Assembly: GCA_002496485.1 (NCBI GenBank)
Contig: DAJW01000042.1
Coordinates: 13,972 to 54,668 of the forward strand
From: Euryarchaeota archaeon UBA36
GTDB lineage: Archaea; Thermoplasmatota; Poseidoniia; Poseidoniales; Thalassarchaeaceae
Reading direction: 5' to 3'
Length of the DNA stretch: 40,697 nucleotides
Under the pieces are notes generated by a model. It saw only the letters and a program-made list of their open reading frames with translations, ran no database searches and was not told the origin of the DNA. Positions 37,201 to 40,697 of this stretch are shown here, piece after piece (position 1 is the stretch's first letter; every line of letters begins with the position of its first letter). Both the position numbers and the translations under genes were made by a program.

Positions 37201-40200
37201 GAGTAATGAATTTGGTCAGCTTGGTGATGGAACGACTGATGATGAGTATTTTCCTTCAACCGTCGTATTGGGCGGTTCATCAGTTGCGGTTTCCTCTGGG
37301 GATGGACATACATGTTCACTACTTTCTGATAAAACTCTGAAATGCTGGGGAGATAATAGCTATGGTCAGCTTGGAGATGGAACTCAGGTATCAAAATGGT
37401 CGCCAGAAGTAATCGAGTCAGATGTCGTCAATATTGATTCGGGGAATAATCACAACTGTTTGATTGATATTAATCAAGTTCTGAAATGTTGGGGAAAAAA
37501 TAACATGGGACAAGTTGGAGATGGAACTACTAGCATGGCATTTTCTCCTACTGAGATAAGTCTAGGTCCAGTAATTAATCCATTGTCAGTTACATCTGGT
37601 AGCACAATTTCTTGTGCGGTAACTAGTAATGATTTACTGAAATGTTGGGGTGAAATTGGTGAAAATTCTGTACCTGTATCATCTCCAATAACTGTGGATT
37701 TACCAAGATGGACATATATAAATTCGGCTGAGAGAGATCTAGATGGAGATGATGAATTGAACATCTTTGATACTCATGGAGCTGGAGATTCTGATGGAGA
37801 TGGGTTTGCTGGTGGTGATGACTATGACGATAATAATCCAACTAAGGCAAAATTTTGTCCAGTTCCTACATATGGAAGGTATGTTTGCCTACCAGCAACT
37901 AAGGGTTTCTATGTGGATACTCCGGGAACTTCAGTCAAGAGTCCAGCCAGAGTTGGTCATTATGTAGCAAATGATGGAGCATCTAGTGATTCTCCGTGTC
38001 CACCAGGGACATATCAATCTCTCACTGGACAGACATCTTGCGATGATGCAAGAGCAGGATATTATGTTGAAAATCCTCAGTCGGAATTTGATACTCCTTG
38101 TCCTGGCGGGACATTCAATACTGAAACGGGATCAACATCAGTATCTGATTGTAGAGGATCTGATCCTGGATATAACGTTCCAATTCTTACTGAAATAACA
38201 CTGGGCTCATTCCATTCATGTTCCATATTAGATGATGGTTCAGTAAGTTGCTGGGGGAGTAATGAATTTGGGCAGCTTGGAGATGGGACCCGAGAATCTA
38301 AACATATTCCTACTAAGGTTCTACTTCCACAAGGAAAAAGAGTGGATGGGTTAAGTTCAGGATCTTACCATAATTGTGCAATTATTGATGATGATACTTT
38401 TAGATGTTGGGGGAGTAATGAATTTGGTCAGCTTGGTGATGGAACTAGTATTGAAAGAACAAGTCCAGTTATAGTTTCCTTAGGAGGGGGAAAGACAGCA
38501 ACCAGCGTGTCATCTGGTGAAGGTCACACATGTTCAATTTTGAATGATAAAACAATCAAATGTTGGGGCGATAATAGTAATGGTCAGCTTGGAGATGGGA
38601 CAAGAACGGGCAGTCACAGTCCAATTGCAGTTAATCTGGGTGGTAGTGATTTGGCTATTTCTATCTCCTCTGGATCATACCATACTTGTGCATTAACTAC
38701 AACTAGGGATGTTAAGTGTTGGGGAGATAATTATCACGGACAGTTAGGATTAGGAGATAATGTAGATAGATTGGTTCCTAATCTAGTAACCTTACCTGCT
38801 GATACTGATGTAATATCGATTTCTTCTGGTTCATTTCATACTTGTGCTGTGTTGAATAATGGTGAAGTATATTGCTGGGGCTTTAATGCATATGGTCAGC
38901 TTGGAGATTCTTCAACAAACAATAGTAATATCCCTGTAAAATCTAGATTACTAGAAAATCAAATTTCAACACAAGTTTCATCCGGTGTTTTTCATACCTG
39001 TTCATTACTTGATGGGGGAGAAATTGCTTGTTGGGGAGATAATACGGTTGGACAACTGGGGGATGGGACCTCTACTTCCTCGACTATACCAATTATTGCT
39101 GACTTACCTGTAGATAGTGCTGCATTATCAATATCCGTAGGGCAAAGACATTCATGTTCCATATTAGATGATGCTACACTTTATTGCTGGGGCTATAATG
39201 AATTCGGGCAGCTTGGTGATGGAACGACTGATAATAGTGATTCTCCAAAAAATATAGACTTAATGCATGGTTCAGCTGCCCAAATTCAATGCTCTCCAGG
39301 AACTTATCAGCCAGATTCTTCTCAGACATCTTGCATCCTTGCTGATAGAGGTTATAGTGCCCCATCAGGTGGAGCTTTAGATCAAATTGGATGTACTAGA
39401 GGATATTATTCAAGTCTAAGAGGGCAGGCAACATGTTCTGAGGCTTCTATTGGCTACTATGTTGACGAATTACTTGCAACCTCTCAAACGGCTTGTCCTT
39501 CCAATACTTCTACCATAAATCGAGCAAGTGGAAATATAGATTTCTGTATTGAAGATTTTGATGGTGATCTTATTCCAGATGTTTCAGATTTGGATGACGA
39601 TAACGATGGAGTAAGTGACAGATTTGATTTATGGCCATTAGATCCTGAGTTAGCATTAGATGCGGATGGAGATGCTATTGCAGACAGTGTTGATGTTGAT
39701 GATGATAATGATGGAGTTAATGATACTGAAGATTTGTTTCCAAATAATCAAAATGAATGGGCAGATGAAGATAATGATGGCATAGGAGATAATTCGGATG
39801 ATGACGATGATAACGATGGAAGAGTTGACTCCTTCGATAAGTTCCCAAATAATCCTTTAGAATGGTCAGATTTTGATGATGATGGCATAGGGGATAATGA
39901 AGATGATAATGACGATAATGATCAATTCTTAGATTCTGTAGATGCCTTTCCCAATGATGCGACAGAATGGTTGGATACAGATTCTGACTCTATTGGAAAT
40001 AATGCAGATGATGATGATGATGGAGATGGTTTCACTGATGATATAGATGTATTCCCTTTGCTATCCACTGAATGGCTGGATACAGATGGAGATAGTTTTG
40101 GTGATAATATAGACATGTTTGATGAGGGCGGTTTAGTAATTGATGGAATCACTTATAGATTGGCCGAAAACGATGTTAATTGGTGGATTGACTCTGATGG

Positions 40201-40675
40201 TGATGAAATTGGAGATATTAGTCAAATAGATTTAGAAAAAGGAATAATTGTTGGAGACCAATGTCCAGACATTCCTGGAATTAATTATACTGAACCCCAA
40301 TTAAATCATGGAATTGTCGCAAAGGGTTGGTTACTAGGATGCCCGAAGGAAATCGAAGAAATCGAAGAAATCGAAGAGGAAGTCGAAGAGTCGGGGCTTG
40401 AAGCAGCATTAATCAAAGATACAGATGGAGATGGTCAACCTGATGCTTATGACCTTGATGATGATGGTGATGGAATTACAGACTGTGTCATTACTGACAG
40501 AGATTGCATTCCCGATGATAAATATCCTTTAGACGCTACGAGACCATTCGATAACAATTCATGGTCTATGATTTTAGTTAGCTTTGGATTTATTTCATTG
40601 GTGGTTTATCGGCTGGTGGGATGGCAACGTAGAAAAATTGCTAAACTTAAATCTAAAAGAATTAGGCTAGATTAA
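34241..40675 (+). CDS. Giant cell-surface subtilase (S8) with two RCC1-like propeller arrays, ephrin-receptor-like Cys repeats, thrombospondin-type-3-like Ca-binding repeats and a C-terminal TM anchor
   Basis: The ATG at 34241 gives a signal peptide MSSVNRVSTPLALLLITLMISAPLSGC; the TTG at 34193 is the ORF-track start. Catalytic triad: VMDSG (Asp codon 35186), HGTHVAG (His codon 35339) and GTSMATPMVAG (Ser codon 36029). See the domain features below. Confidence 0.9.
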   Translation: MSSVNRVSTPLALLLITLMISAPLSGCTGNMVDDEFEISSEQNEESEKIQTTDENENTVDEYYDKSESEIGKQLVEDGKQSEIGIPDLENPIHGWEDSSNIGEALLRNRKASYIPTQDWEVRTGEELIQGWNVLAHSYPLPTEWMSDLAEIGVECVSFFYPQGLHCNVPNIAPNILLEYGVIGAFKLDSTDKFDLETVAIMKGEKQASAIKNGDLYVVNIVFSGSFDAHLSSLENDLFQNIEFFSGRFATVETDIFGFEWLSNQDYIEWMDLELPITLENDVGADIVNADWVRDSANMGGPLNTLTGSGVIVGVMDSGLDNAVVCSDLADCNTKNSGIMSDFQGRIVGVENFVQCGNSDGPEDPDGHGTHVAGTVLADGSSSTGSAEYSGIAPEAMIYMQSVHSVCGSNPDDELATPSDFSTIFQPAYDAGARVHTNSWGANYQNNGYHTYALRIDTQAHNLDDLTILYAMGNDGLDSNADGEVDTGYMNTHATAKNIISVGGSENYREGSNIITWDDFKFKSGALKFTEPPIYGDSVVDDIDGVMAISNRGPTSDGRLKPDILAPGSFIASTLSSEASCDWGVPQNPSYCYMTGTSMATPMVAGGAALILEYLNNQGIANPASALVKAMLIAGAHDMEGQYSSGGSDSENSAAESAPNVHEGWGRMDLQGSIQTGFTEGINISTYESHSLKMEVPVGISDFRIVLSWNDPPNTPSAQKQLVNDLDIALRDPTGVWYDYDNDDVNNLVGISVSAPDPGDWEVIINGTNVPNGPQEYYLASSNGLAIGDSRNPVSGILNSAGFQSGSLFTETTLSAGENHFCAIFDDSSLHCRGDNSYGQLGDGTSTNRLTMTEVALDNGRTAVSVSSGNHHTCAILDDASLHCWGRNNKGQLGFAGSSSSTMPTEVNFGSLYPVQISSGKSHNCVILNDASLQCWGDNSYGQLGDGGIVDRYTPATVNFGSKNVLAVSAGSNHTCALLDDQSLECWGSNEFGQLGDGTTDDEYFPSTVVLGGSSVAVSSGDGHTCSLLSDKTLKCWGDNSYGQLGDGTQVSKWSPEVIESDVVNIDSGNNHNCLIDINQVLKCWGKNNMGQVGDGTTSMAFSPTEISLGPVINPLSVTSGSTISCAVTSNDLLKCWGEIGENSVPVSSPITVDLPRWTYINSAERDLDGDDELNIFDTHGAGDSDGDGFAGGDDYDDNNPTKAKFCPVPTYGRYVCLPATKGFYVDTPGTSVKSPARVGHYVANDGASSDSPCPPGTYQSLTGQTSCDDARAGYYVENPQSEFDTPCPGGTFNTETGSTSVSDCRGSDPGYNVPILTEITLGSFHSCSILDDGSVSCWGSNEFGQLGDGTRESKHIPTKVLLPQGKRVDGLSSGSYHNCAIIDDDTFRCWGSNEFGQLGDGTSIERTSPVIVSLGGGKTATSVSSGEGHTCSILNDKTIKCWGDNSNGQLGDGTRTGSHSPIAVNLGGSDLAISISSGSYHTCALTTTRDVKCWGDNYHGQLGLGDNVDRLVPNLVTLPADTDVISISSGSFHTCAVLNNGEVYCWGFNAYGQLGDSSTNNSNIPVKSRLLENQISTQVSSGVFHTCSLLDGGEIACWGDNTVGQLGDGTSTSSTIPIIADLPVDSAALSISVGQRHSCSILDDATLYCWGYNEFGQLGDGTTDNSDSPKNIDLMHGSAAQIQCSPGTYQPDSSQTSCILADRGYSAPSGGALDQIGCTRGYYSSLRGQATCSEASIGYYVDELLATSQTACPSNTSTINRASGNIDFCIEDFDGDLIPDVSDLDDDNDGVSDRFDLWPLDPELALDADGDAIADSVDVDDDNDGVNDTEDLFPNNQNEWADEDNDGIGDNSDDDDDNDGRVDSFDKFPNNPLEWSDFDDDGIGDNEDDNDDNDQFLDSVDAFPNDATEWLDTDSDSIGNNADDDDDGDGFTDDIDVFPLLSTEWLDTDGDSFGDNIDMFDEGGLVIDGITYRLAENDVNWWIDSDGDEIGDISQIDLEKGIIVGDQCPDIPGINYTEPQLNHGIVAKGWLLGCPKEIEEIEEIEEEVEESGLEAALIKDTDGDGQPDAYDLDDDGDGITDCVITDRDCIPDDKYPLDATRPFDNNSWSMILVSFGFISLVVYRLVGWQRRKIAKLKSKRIRLD
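35159..36250 (+). other. Peptidase S8 (subtilisin-like) catalytic domain within the giant ORF
   Basis: D-H-S triad motifs in the canonical order and spacing. It is followed at about 36250-36650 by a P-domain/PPC-like beta-sandwich (FRIVLSWNDPP, GDWEVIINGTN). Confidence 0.85.
36650..37700 (+). repeat. RCC1-like repeat array 1: six canonical blades plus one degenerate blade
   Basis: The motif H-x-C-x(9)-CWG-x-N-x-x-GQLGDG recurs about every 50 aa. The seventh copy (LLKCWGEIGENS) is degenerate. Confidence 0.85.
37856..38152 (+). repeat. Cys-rich ephrin-receptor-like (GCC2_GCC3-type) repeats, block 1
   Basis: CPVPTYGRYVC, CPPGTYQSLTGQTSC and CPGGTFNTETGSTSVSDC fit the C-P-x-G-[TY]-[YF]...C pattern. 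Confidence 0.6.
38183..39262 (+). repeat. RCC1-like repeat array 2: seven canonical blades
   Basis: Seven copies of CWG-x-N-x-x-GQLG, each preceded by [FY]H[ST]C. Confidence 0.85.
39290..39547 (+). repeat. Cys-rich ephrin-receptor-like repeats, block 2
   Basis: CSPGTYQPDSSQTSC, CTRGYYSSLRGQATC and CPSNTSTINRASGNIDFC. Confidence 0.6.
39554..40120 (+). repeat. Thrombospondin-type-3-like acidic Ca2+-binding repeat array
   Basis: About 11 D-x-D-x-D-G-x-x-D loops, many within a longer unit D-x-FP-x(3-4)-EW-x-D-x-D-x-DG-IGDN-x-D. Two more loops lie at about 40420-40480 and a short set at about 37735-37850. Confidence 0.75.
40349..40390 (+). repeat. In-frame 9-nt tandem repeat (GAAATCGAA x3 plus degenerate copies) encoding EIEEIEEIEEEVEE
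   Basis: Three perfect units at 40349-40375, followed by GAGGAAGTCGAAGAG. Confidence 0.9.
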
Positions 40676-40697
40676 ATGGTGCAGGGGACAGGATTTG

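Noticed and set aside
36650-40390. Regularly spaced DNA repeats that could be mistaken for a CRISPR-like or satellite array.
   Set aside because: All repeats are in frame inside one continuous ORF and encode RCC1 blades, TSP3-like loops or an EIE stretch. The repeat and 'spacer' lengths do not fit CRISPR geometry.
28002-40675. The accessory-looking right-hand third of the window as a genomic island or mobile element.
   Set aside because: There is no integrase, transposase, tRNA target, direct-repeat boundary or visible compositional break. The genes are as tightly packed as the rest of the window.
40676-40697. An ATG immediately after the giant gene's TAA that opens a frame (MVQGTGF...) running off the window.
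   Set aside because: Only 7 codons are visible, which is not enough to support a feature call.

Overview
This is a very compact window (about 97% coding) that is visibly AT-rich (roughly 35-40% GC by eye, not computed) and uses the standard genetic code. I found no rRNA, tRNA, CRISPR array, transposase or integrase. All family calls rest on motifs read from the translations; no searches were run.

Gene content suggests a streamlined marine planktonic euryarchaeote, Marine Group II/III-like. This is inference only. The supporting genes are archaeal-type RibB and RibL, a short RibH, an NCX_Mj-like exchanger, a membrane pyrophosphatase, many bacterial-looking metabolic genes and huge surface proteins.

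Layout, in order:
- 3' part of a K+-type membrane PPase and a secreted protein.
- Minus-strand unit: GHMP sugar kinase, AmpG-like MFS permease with a large ectodomain, and a glutaredoxin gene that the ORF track misses.
- ribB-ribL-ribE-ribH operon, GYD protein, thioredoxin reductase, and a MoeB-rhodanese E1-like enzyme.
- Fused 2-oxoacid dehydrogenase E1 alpha/beta with a zinc-ribbon N-extension, then a Na+/Ca2+ exchanger.
- Molybdenum-hydroxylase cluster: mocA-like, ZIP transporter, xdhC, then 2Fe-2S / Mo / FAD subunits in hcrCAB-like order. The FAD subunit carries a Cys-rich insertion.
- Secreted CARDB-like protein followed by a DUF4350-like / MoxR / DUF58 / membrane-protein operon.
- Minus-strand operon: 712-aa EF-hand membrane protein, MacB-type ABC ATPase and permease, exonuclease III.
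- Divergent from that operon, a 6.4-kb gene for a roughly 2140-aa surface protein: subtilase, two RCC1-like propeller arrays, ephrin-receptor-like Cys repeats, a thrombospondin-type-3-like Ca-binding array and a TM anchor.

I see no recognisable defence system or mobile system. The most unusual items are the giant protease with its divergent EF-hand/ABC operon, the Cys-rich FAD subunit, the zinc-ribbon-E1 fusion, the MoxR/DUF58 module and the frameshifted or start-less glutaredoxin.
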